Shown here in pieces: positions 24,468 to 35,423 of a DNA stretch of 64,000 bases. The stretch is from a candidate division FCPU426 bacterium (lineage in GTDB: Bacteria > Oederibacteriota > Muellerivitia > Muellerivitales > Muellerivitaceae): the NCBI GenBank assembly GCA_963771075.1, contig CAVYSE010000005.1, forward strand, positions 1 to 64,000, in the 5' to 3' direction. The position numbers and the translations under genes were made by a program. The notes under the pieces were generated by a model that was given only the letters and a program-made list of their open reading frames with translations, did not search any database and had not been told where the DNA came from. Positions within the stretch are counted from its first letter, which is position 1, and every line of letters begins with the position of its first letter.

Positions 24468-27158
24468 ATGTTAGAAACCATCCTAACCAAGATATTCGGC
24501 AGTAAAAACGAGCGCATCCTCAAGGCTTTTGAAGCCAAGGTGGCCGAGATCAACGCCCTGGAACCGGCCATGAAGGCCCTTTCCGACGGGGATTTGCAGA
24601 AGAAAACCCTGGAATTCAAGCACCGCCTGGCCCAGGGCGCCACCCTGGACGATATCCTCGCCGAAGCCTTCGCCGTGGTCCGGGAAACCTCCCGCCGGGT
24701 GATGGGGATGCGCCATTTCGACGTGCAACTGGTGGGGGGCATGGTGCTCCACAGCGGAAAAATCGCGGAAATGAAGACGGGTGAAGGAAAGACCCTCGTC
24801 GCCACCCTGGCCCTCTATCTCAACGCCCTGTCGGGCAAGGGCGCCCACCTGGTGACCGTGAACGATTACCTGGCGGAACGCGACAGCTTGGGGCGCGGCA
24901 CCTTCAAGGGCATGGCCAATATTTACAACTTCCTGGGCCTGACCTGCGGGGTCGTGAAGCACGGCATTTCCTACCAGGAACGGAAAGCCGCCTACGCGGC
25001 GGATATCACCTATTGCACCAATAACGAACTGGGGTTCGATTACCTGCGGGACAACATGGCCACCTCCACCGATTACACGGTCCAGCGGGAGTTGAATTTT
25101 GCCATCGTCGACGAGGTGGACAGCATTTTGGTGGACGAGGCCCGGACCCCCCTGATCATTTCAGGCCCCTCGGAAGAATCCACCGACCTCTATTACCGCA
25201 TCGACCGAATCATCCCGGCCCTGAAAAAGGGGCCGGATTACGACATCGAGGAAAAGACCCGCTCGGCCTTCCTCACCGAAGGCGGGGTGAAGCACGTGGA
25301 GCAGCTCCTGAAGGTGGACAACCTGTATGACCATAAGAACGTCCAACTGGTCCACCATGTGAACCAGGCCCTCAAGGCCCATGTCATCTTCAAGAAGGAT
25401 GTGGATTACATCGTGAAGGACGGGGAAGTGGTGATCGTGGACGAGTTCACCGGCCGCCTCATGCAGGGACGCCGCTACTCGGATGGCTTGCACCAGGCCT
25501 TGGAAGCCAAGGAGAAAGTCAAGATCGAGGCGGAAAACCAGACCCTGGCGACCATCACCTTCCAGAACTTTTTCCGCATGTACAAGAAACTGTCGGGCAT
25601 GACGGGTACGGCGGAGACCGAGGCCGCCGAGTTCAAGGACATCTACAACCTGGACGTGGTCTGCGTCCCCACCAACAACCCCATGGTCCGTTTGGACGAG
25701 TCGGACGCGGTCTACCGCACGGTGCGCGAAAAGTTCAACGCCATCGTCGAGGAAATCGCGCGCCTGAACGAGAAAAAACAGCCGGTCCTGGTGGGCACGG
25801 TTTCCATCGAGAAGAACGAGCTTCTCTCGGGACTCCTCAAAAAACGCGGCGTGAAGCACGAGGTCCTCAACGCCAAATTCCATGAAAGGGAGGCCGAGAT
25901 CATCTCCCTCGCCGGCCAGCCGGGGGCCGTCACCATCGCCACCAACATGGCGGGCCGCGGAACGGATATCGTCCTGGGCGCGGGCGTGAAGGAGGTGGGA
26001 GGCCTGGCGGTCATCGGCACCGAGCGACATGAGAGCCGCCGTATCGACAACCAGCTGCGCGGCCGTTCCGGCCGCCAGGGCGATCCGGGGATGTCCCGCT
26101 TTTACGTGTCCCTGGAGGACGACCTGATGCGCATTTTCGGGTCCGACCGGCTCAAGGACCTCATGACCAAGATGGGCATGGAGGAAGGGGAGGTCATTTC
26201 CCATCCCTGGGTTTCCAAGGCCATCGAGAGGTCGCAAAAGGCCGTGGAAGGCCATAACTTCGATATCCGCAAACATTTGCTCGAATATGACGATGTGATG
26301 AACAAACAGCGGGAGCGCATCTATAAGGAACGCAACCGGGTGTTGCGGGAGGGCGATATCCGTTCCCACATGCTCCAGATCCTCGAGGATGTGGCGGCGG
26401 ACGGGGTGGAAACCTATCTCCCGGAAAAGGGCGGACCGGACGCCTGGGATGTGGACGGCCTGAAAAAATGGTACATGGGCATTTTCCAGCAGGCCTTGGA
26501 ATGGAAAACCGACCATCTGGGGGTGGTGGATTCCAAAGCCCTTTTCGAGGGGCTCCAGGAAGAGATGACCAAGGCCTATGTGAACAAGGAAGGCCTGATG
26601 GGGCCTCCGGTCATGCGCAATCTGGAGCGTTTTATCCTGCTGGAGGTCATTGATAACCAGTGGAAGGACCATTTGCTTTCCATGGATCACTTGAAAGAGG
26701 GCATCGGCCTCCAGTCCTACGGCGGGAAAGATCCCCTGATCGAGTACAAGCGGGAAGGCTTGGAAATGTTCCTCGACATGCTCGGCCGGATTGAGGAAGA
26801 GGCCCTGCGGACCCTTTTCCTGGTCCAAACCGTGAAAGCGCCTGAGAAGATCTTTTCCGAGACCCGCCCGGTGAAAATGAAGGAAGAACACCCCGAATTT
26901 GATCCCCGGTCGGCCGCGGCCAAACCCCAGCCCGCGATGGCGGCCAGCCCCGCCGGAATGATGGGGGGGAACGCGCCTCCGGCTTTCCCCGACGGCATGG
27001 CGCCCCCGCCAGGCATGCAGCCCTGGGAAGCGCCTCCCGAGGCGAATGGCCCGGTGGCCAAGGTGGCTCCCATCAAGCGGGAAGGGCCCAAACTGGGCCG
27101 GAACGATCCCTGCTACTGCGGCAGCGGGAAGAAATACAAGAAATGCCATGGAGCCTAA
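24468..27158 (+). CDS. secA: Preprotein translocase ATPase
   Basis: 'EMKTGEGKT', '[21 protein letters not shown]', '[13 protein letters not shown]', SEC-C '[19 protein letters not shown]'. Confidence 0.98.
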   Translation: MLETILTKIFGSKNERILKAFEAKVAEINALEPAMKALSDGDLQKKTLEFKHRLAQGATLDDILAEAFAVVRETSRRVMGMRHFDVQLVGGMVLHSGKIAEMKTGEGKTLVATLALYLNALSGKGAHLVTVNDYLAERDSLGRGTFKGMANIYNFLGLTCGVVKHGISYQERKAAYAADITYCTNNELGFDYLRDNMATSTDYTVQRELNFAIVDEVDSILVDEARTPLIISGPSEESTDLYYRIDRIIPALKKGPDYDIEEKTRSAFLTEGGVKHVEQLLKVDNLYDHKNVQLVHHVNQALKAHVIFKKDVDYIVKDGEVVIVDEFTGRLMQGRRYSDGLHQALEAKEKVKIEAENQTLATITFQNFFRMYKKLSGMTGTAETEAAEFKDIYNLDVVCVPTNNPMVRLDESDAVYRTVREKFNAIVEEIARLNEKKQPVLVGTVSIEKNELLSGLLKKRGVKHEVLNAKFHEREAEIISLAGQPGAVTIATNMAGRGTDIVLGAGVKEVGGLAVIGTERHESRRIDNQLRGRSGRQGDPGMSRFYVSLEDDLMRIFGSDRLKDLMTKMGMEEGEVISHPWVSKAIERSQKAVEGHNFDIRKHLLEYDDVMNKQRERIYKERNRVLREGDIRSHMLQILEDVAADGVETYLPEKGGPDAWDVDGLKKWYMGIFQQALEWKTDHLGVVDSKALFEGLQEEMTKAYVNKEGLMGPPVMRNLERFILLEVIDNQWKDHLLSMDHLKEGIGLQSYGGKDPLIEYKREGLEMFLDMLGRIEEEALRTLFLVQTVKAPEKIFSETRPVKMKEEHPEFDPRSAAAKPQPAMAASPAGMMGGNAPPAFPDGMAPPPGMQPWEAPPEANGPVAKVAPIKREGPKLGRNDPCYCGSGKKYKKCHGA

Positions 27159-27332
27159 GCGAAATGGTATTTCGGCCCTGCGCCGAACCTTCAGAGGTGA
27201 GGCGTGAGGTTAGGGTGTGCCGTTCCCAAACTGGAACGGTGCAAGAATGCCACGGTGCTTGAAAGACATTTAGAGGTGAGGAGTTAAGAGTTAGGAGTTT
27301 TAGACCTCAGACTGCCATCAAAAATAGGGGAT

Positions 27333-28979
27333 GTGAATGTTTTGAAAAGCGATTTGGATGTCAAGTTTGGCTCTGGTTTCGTGACGGGCTGTGGCAAGAA
27401 AGACCCCAAGATCTACAGCCAGGACGGCCCCATGGCCGACGGCGACACCCTGATCGAATCTTCCATCGGCGACGCCAAGACCCTCAACCCCGCTTTGGTG
27501 GATGAGAGCACCGGGGGGGATATCGCGGGCCTGGTGTTCAACGGCCTGCTCCGTTACGACGAGAACCTGAAGCTTTCCCCCAGCCTCGCGGAGCGTTGGA
27601 CGGTCACCAACCACGGAAAGACGATCACCTATTACCTGCGCAAAGGGGTCAAATTCCACGATGGGGTGGAATTTACGGCCAACGACGTGCAGTTCACCTA
27701 CCAGGTTTACACCGACCCCACGGTCAAGACCCCCTACGCCGCCGACTACCAGTACATCAAGAACGTGGAGATCCTCGATCCCTATATCGTGAAGGTGACC
27801 TACAAACGGCCCTTCGCGCCGGCCCTTTCCAATACCTTCGGGGCCATCCTCCCGAAACACCTCCTGGAGGGAAAGGACATCAATACGGCCGACTTCAACC
27901 GGCATCCCGTGGGAACCGGGCCCTTCAAGTTCGTCGATTGGAAGACGGACCAGCAGATCGTCCTGGAGGCCAACCCGGATTACTGGGAAGGCAAGCCCCA
28001 TGTGAAACGTTTCGTGCTTCGGATCATCCCCGACCAGTCCTCCGAGCTCTTGAGCCTTTTGAAGGGCGAGACCGACGCCATGGGCGCCTGGACCAGCGGG
28101 TCCCTGTCGCCGGAACAATACGCCCGCCAGACCGATACTCCCCAATTCAAGGACTATTACAACAAGTACCAGGCCGACCAGTTCGTCTACTCCTATATCG
28201 GCTGGAACCTGGGAAATTCCCTCTTCAAGGACGTAAAAGTCCGCCGGGCCCTGACCATGGCCATCGACCGCCAGGCCATCATCGACAACGTGGTTTACGG
28301 GTTGGGTTCCATTTGCACCGGGCCCTTCGTTCCTACCTCTTGGGCCAACAACCCGGCCGTGAAACCGATTCCCTTTGACCCCGCGGGAGCCAAAAAGCTT
28401 TTGGCCCAGGCGGGCTGGAAAACGGGCCCGGACGGCATGCTCTACCGGATGGCCAAGGGGCAGAAAATCCCCTTCGCCTTCAAGCTTTTCACCAACCAGG
28501 GCAATGTCAGCCGTGAGCGAATCGCCACCATCGTCCAACAACAGTTGAAACAGGTGGGAATCGATTGCCAGCCCCAAATTATGGAATGGACCACTCTCCT
28601 CAGCCAGTACGTGGATAAGCGCAAATACGACGCCATGATCATGGGATGGCAATTCGGCCCGGAACCCGACTGCTTCCTTTCCTGGCACTCATCCCAAATG
28701 GGTGAACACCAGTACAATCTGGTGGGTTACAAGAACAAGACGGTGGACCGGCTCTTGGTCGAAGGGCGGGAGACGCTTGACCCCAAACAAAGGGCCAAGA
28801 TCTATCAGCGAATCCACAAGATCCTGAGCGACGATGTCGCCGCCACCTTTTTATATGTGCCCTATTCCTTGCCCGCGGTTCACAAGCGCTTCAAGGGGCT
28901 TTTCATCAACCGAAACGGCATTGGCTGGCATCCGGAGCGATGGTACGTGCCCACCACCCAGCAGAAGTACCCGAATTAA
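27333..28979 (+). CDS. ABC peptide/nickel-family (SBP_bac_5) substrate-binding lipoprotein
   Basis: 'LAERW', 'LRKGVKFHDG..FTANDV.FTY', 'PVGTGPFKF', 'VRRALTMAIDR'; VTGC lipobox. Confidence 0.92.
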   Translation: MNVLKSDLDVKFGSGFVTGCGKKDPKIYSQDGPMADGDTLIESSIGDAKTLNPALVDESTGGDIAGLVFNGLLRYDENLKLSPSLAERWTVTNHGKTITYYLRKGVKFHDGVEFTANDVQFTYQVYTDPTVKTPYAADYQYIKNVEILDPYIVKVTYKRPFAPALSNTFGAILPKHLLEGKDINTADFNRHPVGTGPFKFVDWKTDQQIVLEANPDYWEGKPHVKRFVLRIIPDQSSELLSLLKGETDAMGAWTSGSLSPEQYARQTDTPQFKDYYNKYQADQFVYSYIGWNLGNSLFKDVKVRRALTMAIDRQAIIDNVVYGLGSICTGPFVPTSWANNPAVKPIPFDPAGAKKLLAQAGWKTGPDGMLYRMAKGQKIPFAFKLFTNQGNVSRERIATIVQQQLKQVGIDCQPQIMEWTTLLSQYVDKRKYDAMIMGWQFGPEPDCFLSWHSSQMGEHQYNLVGYKNKTVDRLLVEGRETLDPKQRAKIYQRIHKILSDDVAATFLYVPYSLPAVHKRFKGLFINRNGIGWHPERWYVPTTQQKYPN

Positions 28980-29020
28980 TTCATTCAAAGCCGGAAAATT
29001 CGTTCAAGTCGCGGGGGAAT

Positions 29021-30559
29021 ATGAAAGCAGTCATCGGTTGCGATATCGGAACGTCTGGGACAAAGGCTATCGTGGTATCCGAACAGGGCCGGGTTCTTTC
29101 CTCGGTCACTGTTGAATATCCTCTTTTAACACCCCATCCCGGTTGGGCGGAACAGCATCCCGACATCTGGCTGAAGGCCGCCAATGAGGCGGTTTCGGCG
29201 GCGGTGAAGATGGCGGGTAAGGCTGAAATTCAGGCTATTGGGCTTTCGGGGCAGATGCATTCATCCGTCTTACTGGATAAAAACGGTAAGGTCCTTCGGC
29301 CGGCGCTTCTCTGGTGCGACACCCGCACCCACGCCGAATGCGGGGAGATCACCCGTAAGGCGGGGGAAGGGAACCTTCGCAAGTGGGTTTCAAATCCGGC
29401 GCTGGAAGGGTTCACCCTGCCCAAGATCCTTTGGGTGAAAAAGCACGAACCGAAGGTCTATGCCAGCATCGCCCAGGTGCTCCTTCCCAAAGACTACATA
29501 CGCTACAAATGGACCGGGGAACTGGCAACCGACGTTTCCGACGCGGCGGGGACCCTGTGTTTCGACGTCAAGAACCGTCGCTGGTCCAAGGAACTCCTGG
29601 GTCGTTTGGGCATACCCCTCGCCTGGTTTCCGCGAGTCACGGAGTCGCAGGAAATCTCGGGGGGATTGACGCAGGCGGCTTCCCAAAAACTGGGCTTGTC
29701 CCCCAAAACCCCGGTGGTCGGGGGAGGGGCCGATAACGCCTGCGGCGCGGTGGGAAACGGCATCCTCCAGCCCGGCGACGTGATGGCGAGCCTGGGGACC
29801 TCGGGTGTGGTATTGGCCCATTCCGAAAAGGTTCAGGTGGACCCCCTCATGCGGGCCCACACCTTTTGCGGATCCGTGCCTGAAAAATGGTATCTCATGG
29901 GGGTCATGCTCTCGGCGGGTTATGCCCTTCGCTGGTACCGGGATACCCTGGGCCAATGGGAAAAAGAGGAGGCGAAAAAGAAAAAAATAGATGCCTATGA
30001 CCTCTTGAGCCGGGAAGCATCCCGGGCGCCTGAGGGTAGCGAAGGCCTGCTCTTTCTTCCTTATCTCATGGGCGAACGAACACCCCATAAAGACCCGTTG
30101 GCCCGGGCGGCCTTCGTGGGAGCCGGGGCCAGGCATGGCCGGGAACATTTCGCCCGATCGGTCTTTGAGGGCATTACCTTTGGCATGAGGGACTCGCTGG
30201 AAATCTTCCGTGACCTCAAAATTCCCATCCGGCGGGTGGTGGCCACGGGCGGAGGGGCCGTGAACCCCTTTTGGCGCCAGTTACAAGCGGACATTTATGG
30301 GGAGGAAGTCGTAACGGTCAGCGGAAAGGAAGGACCGGCTTTCGGCGCCGCGATCCTGGCAATGATAGGGGCGGGTGTTTATCCGAACTTGCGGGAAGCT
30401 TGCGGGAGACTTATCCGGATCACAAGCCGAACCTCGCCTCGCAAAGCATCCATGGAGCGTTACCATCAATGGTATGGCGCCTTTCAAAAGCTTTATCCAG
30501 CCCTGAAAGAGCCCTATAAGCAATTGGGGAAAATCGTTGAAAAGATGGGTTCGAAATAG
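29021..30559 (+). CDS. xylB: Xylulokinase (FGGY family)
   Basis: 'DIGTSGTK', 'SGQMH', 'LWCDTR', 'FTLPK', 'PYLMGERTP'. Confidence 0.9.
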   Translation: MKAVIGCDIGTSGTKAIVVSEQGRVLSSVTVEYPLLTPHPGWAEQHPDIWLKAANEAVSAAVKMAGKAEIQAIGLSGQMHSSVLLDKNGKVLRPALLWCDTRTHAECGEITRKAGEGNLRKWVSNPALEGFTLPKILWVKKHEPKVYASIAQVLLPKDYIRYKWTGELATDVSDAAGTLCFDVKNRRWSKELLGRLGIPLAWFPRVTESQEISGGLTQAASQKLGLSPKTPVVGGGADNACGAVGNGILQPGDVMASLGTSGVVLAHSEKVQVDPLMRAHTFCGSVPEKWYLMGVMLSAGYALRWYRDTLGQWEKEEAKKKKIDAYDLLSREASRAPEGSEGLLFLPYLMGERTPHKDPLARAAFVGAGARHGREHFARSVFEGITFGMRDSLEIFRDLKIPIRRVVATGGGAVNPFWRQLQADIYGEEVVTVSGKEGPAFGAAILAMIGAGVYPNLREACGRLIRITSRTSPRKASMERYHQWYGAFQKLYPALKEPYKQLGKIVEKMGSK

Positions 30560-30708
30560 GCCTTTTGCAGCATTCGCTTTTAGGACCTGCCCCGAAATGG
30601 ATAATTTCCCCTCAAAGTTGCTAGCCCCGTGTTAAATAGGAAATTTGTCAATATTTCGATATTATGGCATTTGGCTATTTAAACCTGATATCGACCTAAG
30701 AAGTTTCC

Positions 30709-33700
30709 ATGTCTGAATTTACGAAAATTCTCCGAGCCAAGATCACCGCCGTTTATTTTTTAGGCGGATTTGCCCTCCTCTTTTTCCTGGCGGCCGGTTT
30801 CCAATTTTGGAAGGCGCAGGAACTTAATCCCGAACTGATGTCCCTGGTGCGTGGTGAAGCGGCCTTTGCCATGACGGGGATACTTTCGGCTTTGGGGATG
30901 ATCGGGTTGGGCTATTCCATCGCGCGCGACCTCCGGAAGGCCTGGAGCAACGAAGTCCGCTTTCGGACCTTGACCGAGAAGGCCGAGAGGGATATCCGTG
31001 AGAGTGAGCAACGGCTTCAGCTGTTCGACGATATTACCCAAGAAGCCATCATCATTCACGACCAGGGAATCATCGTGGAGGCTAACCGGGCTTTTGCCCA
31101 ACATCTTGGGTATGACCGCCGGGAAATACTCGGCCGGCATATCGCGGGATTTATGGACCAGGAATCCACAAAGGAAGCCCAGGACCGAATCGAAAAAGGC
31201 TACCCGGACGGAAGCTACGAAATACTCGCCAAACGCAAGGATGGGTCCACATTTCCACTATTGGTCCATGGGCAGGATTTTGAGTTCCATGGCCGTAAGA
31301 TGCGTGCCTCCAGTGGATGGGATATCAGCCAAGTGAAAAACGCGGAACGGGCCCTCATGGAAAGCGAGAGCCGATTCAAGCGTTTCGCGGAGATATCGAC
31401 AGAGGGGATTTATATAGGGAGCGGCGGGAAAATCATCGACCTGAATACAACCTTGGCGAGGATGATGGGATACGAAGTCCAGGAGTTGATAGGAACGGAT
31501 CCCCTTTCCTACGCCACGCCGGAAACCGTGGAATCCGCCCGCGAACATGTTCTGAATAGATACGACGGAGCCTATGAAGTCGTCCTGCGAAGGAAAGACG
31601 GATCCACCTTTCCCGCGGAAATCCATGGACGGGCTTTTACCCTCCAAGGCGTCCCCTATCGGGTGACCAGCGTTTGGGACATATCCGAACGTAAAAAGGG
31701 AGAGGAGGCTTTGCGCCAGTCCGAGGAGAATTTCCGGGCCCTCATCGAATATTCCCCGGACGCTATTTTGGTCCACTGGGGAGGGAAAATCGCTTATGTG
31801 AACCGCAAAGGCGTGGAACTCCTAGGTTTTTCAAAGCCGGAGGATGTGCTGGGCCAAAGCCCTTTCGACCGGGTTCATCCCGATGACCATGAGGAGGTGG
31901 AAAAACGCATCCAGTTGACGCTCCAGGGGGGTGAGAATCCAGTCAGCGAAATTCGGATGCTGAGAAAGGACCAATCGGCTGTTTTGGTGGAAACCCTCTC
32001 CATTGGGATTCGGTTCCGCGGCCAGCCCGCCACCATGGTCATCTTGCGCGATATCGCGGAACGGAAAAAGGCGGAAGATGCACTTCGCCGGTCGGAGGCC
32101 AAGTTCCGGAGCCTTATCGATAATTCCTACGATCTCATCACAGTCGTGGACCGGGAAGGAAGGAGAATTTACGAGAGTCCCTCCCTGGAAAGGGTTTTAG
32201 GGTACAAGCCTGGGGAAAGGCGAGGGGTTACCTTCGATACCCAACCGCCCGAGGACCAGGAAAAGGCACAGGCACTATTTAAAACAGTCTTGGCAAATCC
32301 GGGGTTGCCCATTCAGGCGCAACTGAAGGCGCGCAGGAAAGACGGGAGAATGATCGAGGCGGATATGGTCCTTACCAACCTGTTGGAGAACCCGGCGGTA
32401 GGCGGAATCGTCATTAATGCCCGTGATGTGACCGATCAAAAAAGGGCGGAAGTCGCCCTCCGGCAATCGGAAGCGAAATTCCGCAGTATGATCGAGAATT
32501 CCCACGACCTCATTACGATCGTGGACGCCAATGGGAACCGTATTTACGAGAGCCCCACGATTTCAAAGGTCCTGGGCTATGAAGTCGGCGAGCGGCAGGG
32601 AAACGCCTTTGAGTACCAGGCGCCGGAGGACTTGGAAGAAAATCGGAGATTATTCACCGAGGTTTTGGCGCATCCCGGGGTTCCCTATAAGACTGAAACC
32701 AAGTTTAGGCATAAAGAGGGGCATTTTATCCGCGCGGAGGTGGTCCTCACGAATCTTTTGGATGACCCCGCGGTGAAAGGGATCGTGGTCAACAGCCGGG
32801 ATGTGACGGATAAGTTGAAAGCCCAAGAGGCCCTACGCCATTCCGAGGAATATTTCCGGAACCTCATCGAGAATTCGAACGATGTCATCTCCCTGGTGGA
32901 GGCCGACATGAAAACGCGCTATGTCAGCCCCTCGCTGAAAAAGGTCATGGGTTACGAGTCGGAAGAGAGGGCGGGGAAAAGCTTCCTGGATCTCATCCAT
33001 CCCGAGGACCGGCCCGTGGTGGTGAAACGGTTCGCGAAATTCATGGCCCAACACGGCGCGACCGATACCCTGGAGGTAAGGGCCCTCCACAAAAACGGCA
33101 CCTACCGGCATGTGGAGGCCATCGCCACCAACCTTCTTCATCACCCGGTGATGAAGGCGATTATTTTCAATTATCGTGACGTCACGGAACGGAAGCAGGC
33201 CGAGCAAACTTTGATGAAATTTGAGCGTCTTTCCGCAATCGGCCAGATGGCGGCCGGCATGGCCCATGAAATCCGCAACCCCCTGTCCGCGATCTCCACC
33301 GCCGGCCAGATCCTGAAGCGAAGGGAGGAAAAGACGGGCGAGAAGGGTTTCGGGGAAATGATCGTGGAAAACTCCGAGCGCCTCGAGCGGCTCATCCAGG
33401 ACACCCTGGGCTATGCCCGCAGCGAAAAAACAGTTCCCCAGGAGGCCTTTCCCCTGACGCCCTTGTTGGAAAGCGCGGCGCGTCTTACCCAGATCCAGTT
33501 CGGCCCCTCCCATAAGACGATTAAGGTGGAATGGAAGCTTCCCCCCGACCCACTGACCGTTTTCGCCCCCCCCCAACGCATTCAGCAAATCATGATGAAT
33601 CTCATCTTGAACGCCTACCAAAGCATGGCCCCGGGCGGGACCTTGACTTTGGAATTGAAAAAAGAGGGGGATTGGGCGCTCATCCGGGTGAGGGACACCG

Positions 33701-33900
33701 GCCCCGGCATCAAGGACGTGGATATGGCCCGCCTTTTTGAGCCCTTTTTCACAACCAAAGAGACCGGTTCGGGATTAGGATTAGCCTTAAGCCAGAGGAT
33801 CGCGAAGGAATGTGGCGGGGAAATAAAGGCCGAGAATGGGACCCCGACGGGATCGATATTCACGCTGTGGCTGCCCTTATCTAAGGAAATAAAGGTATGA
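30709..33900 (+). CDS. Membrane histidine kinase with six tandem PAS domains
   Basis: Two TMs; six PAS/PAC units; H-box 'AHEIRNPL'; 'NLILNA', 'DTGPG', 'FEPFFTTK..GSGLGL'. Confidence 0.93.
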   Translation: MSEFTKILRAKITAVYFLGGFALLFFLAAGFQFWKAQELNPELMSLVRGEAAFAMTGILSALGMIGLGYSIARDLRKAWSNEVRFRTLTEKAERDIRESEQRLQLFDDITQEAIIIHDQGIIVEANRAFAQHLGYDRREILGRHIAGFMDQESTKEAQDRIEKGYPDGSYEILAKRKDGSTFPLLVHGQDFEFHGRKMRASSGWDISQVKNAERALMESESRFKRFAEISTEGIYIGSGGKIIDLNTTLARMMGYEVQELIGTDPLSYATPETVESAREHVLNRYDGAYEVVLRRKDGSTFPAEIHGRAFTLQGVPYRVTSVWDISERKKGEEALRQSEENFRALIEYSPDAILVHWGGKIAYVNRKGVELLGFSKPEDVLGQSPFDRVHPDDHEEVEKRIQLTLQGGENPVSEIRMLRKDQSAVLVETLSIGIRFRGQPATMVILRDIAERKKAEDALRRSEAKFRSLIDNSYDLITVVDREGRRIYESPSLERVLGYKPGERRGVTFDTQPPEDQEKAQALFKTVLANPGLPIQAQLKARRKDGRMIEADMVLTNLLENPAVGGIVINARDVTDQKRAEVALRQSEAKFRSMIENSHDLITIVDANGNRIYESPTISKVLGYEVGERQGNAFEYQAPEDLEENRRLFTEVLAHPGVPYKTETKFRHKEGHFIRAEVVLTNLLDDPAVKGIVVNSRDVTDKLKAQEALRHSEEYFRNLIENSNDVISLVEADMKTRYVSPSLKKVMGYESEERAGKSFLDLIHPEDRPVVVKRFAKFMAQHGATDTLEVRALHKNGTYRHVEAIATNLLHHPVMKAIIFNYRDVTERKQAEQTLMKFERLSAIGQMAAGMAHEIRNPLSAISTAGQILKRREEKTGEKGFGEMIVENSERLERLIQDTLGYARSEKTVPQEAFPLTPLLESAARLTQIQFGPSHKTIKVEWKLPPDPLTVFAPPQRIQQIMMNLILNAYQSMAPGGTLTLELKKEGDWALIRVRDTGPGIKDVDMARLFEPFFTTKETGSGLGLALSQRIAKECGGEIKAENGTPTGSIFTLWLPLSKEIKV

Positions 33901-35243
33901 AAATCCTTTTAGTGGATGACGAGAAGTCCATCCGGGAATTGATGATCACCCTTTTGGCCGAATGGGGGCATGAGGTGAGGACGGCCGCCTCGGTGGGCGA
34001 GGGATTGGAACAGGCGGAGGCCTTCAAACCCGAGCTGGTGCTTTTGGACGTGCACCTTCCGGACGGCACGGGCCTGGAATTCCTGAAAGTCATTACCACC
34101 ACCCAACCCTCCACCTCCATCGTCATGATCACGGCCAATGTGGATATCAAGGTGGCCGTGGAGGCCATCAAAAGGGGCGCGGAGGATTACTTGGCCAAGC
34201 CCCTGGACTTGGACGAGCTGGAACTCCTGATCCAACAAATCGAGGAACGGCGGGGCCTGCGGCGGGATGTGGCAGCCCTGAAAAACCACCACAAGGAACT
34301 TTACCGCAAGGATTACCTCTTTTTATCCGATCCCGCCATGAAAAAGGTTTATGAACAGATCGACCAGGCGGCCCAGCACGCTTCGGTGACGGTCCTGATC
34401 CTGGGGGAAACGGGTACGGGCAAGGAACACGTCGCCAAATTGATCCACGTGCTCTCCGCCCGGACTTCGGCGCCCTTCATGGAACTCCATTGCGGGGCCA
34501 TGCCGGAAAACCTGCTGGAGTCCGAACTTTTTGGCTACGAGCCGGGGGCCTTTACCGATGCCCGCAAGTCCAAACCGGGTTTGTTCGAATTGGCCCATCG
34601 GGGCACCATTTTCCTGGACGAGGTCGGCGAATTGCCCCTGACCGTTCAAACGAAACTCTTAAAGGTATTGGAACAAAAGACATTGCGCCGGTTGGGAGGC
34701 GTCCAGGAGATCAAAATCGACGTAAGGGTAGTGGCCGCCACGAACCGGGACCTGGGCCGGGAGGTGAAGGAAGGCCGTTTCCGGGCCGACCTTTACTACC
34801 GACTGAATGTGGCCAACATCAACCTTCCGCCCTTGCATTCCCGCCCCGAGGATATCAAGGGTTTGGCCCAATTCTTTTACACCGACTTGTCCAATCTCTT
34901 CGGAAAAAAGATGAGGCCCCTGACCCCGGCGGTGATGGACGCATTGGTGGCCTATTCCTGGCCGGGGAACGTGCGCGAATTGAAGAATGTCATGGAAAGG
35001 GCCATCCTCTACTCCAAGGGCCCCGTCCTTACCTTGGATGATCTGCCCCCGGAAGTCTTGCGTCCCCCCGAGTCCAAGGAGGAAGGGGCTCCCGGCCGGT
35101 CGATGAGCAAGGAAGAAGCCGAAAAAGAAAATATCCGGCTTGCGCTGGAGACCTTCGGCGGCCACAAGACCAAAGTGGCCAAACACCTGGGTGTTAGCCG
35201 TACGACACTCCTGGCCAAGATCAAAAAATACCATTTGGGATAG
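33897..35243 (+). CDS. Sigma54-dependent (NtrC/AtoC-family) response regulator
   Basis: REC domain; 'GETGTGKE'; 'GAFTDA'; 'WPGNVREL'; Fis-type HTH. Confidence 0.95.
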   Translation: MKILLVDDEKSIRELMITLLAEWGHEVRTAASVGEGLEQAEAFKPELVLLDVHLPDGTGLEFLKVITTTQPSTSIVMITANVDIKVAVEAIKRGAEDYLAKPLDLDELELLIQQIEERRGLRRDVAALKNHHKELYRKDYLFLSDPAMKKVYEQIDQAAQHASVTVLILGETGTGKEHVAKLIHVLSARTSAPFMELHCGAMPENLLESELFGYEPGAFTDARKSKPGLFELAHRGTIFLDEVGELPLTVQTKLLKVLEQKTLRRLGGVQEIKIDVRVVAATNRDLGREVKEGRFRADLYYRLNVANINLPPLHSRPEDIKGLAQFFYTDLSNLFGKKMRPLTPAVMDALVAYSWPGNVRELKNVMERAILYSKGPVLTLDDLPPEVLRPPESKEEGAPGRSMSKEEAEKENIRLALETFGGHKTKVAKHLGVSRTTLLAKIKKYHLG

Positions 35244-35423
35244 GTTTTTTTCTTTCGGTTTTGACCTCTCCCGGTGGAAAAAGTGAGTCGAAATTAGGGC
35301 CCGTAGGAACCCAGGTTCATTATTTTCCCGAATATGACATGAAACAGAAATAGCTTTGTCATCCAAGTGTAAATTGTTCACTTTGCTCGAGCTCTTATTT
35401 CCATTTTCATCAAAGGACCGGCC

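Noticed and set aside
26900..27070. Pro/Met/Ala-rich insert in SecA
   Set aside because: It lies in the normally variable linker before the SEC-C motif.
25161..28688. Long antisense ORFs opposite secA and the ABC lipoprotein
   Set aside because: Shadow frames expected from high GC3; no motifs.
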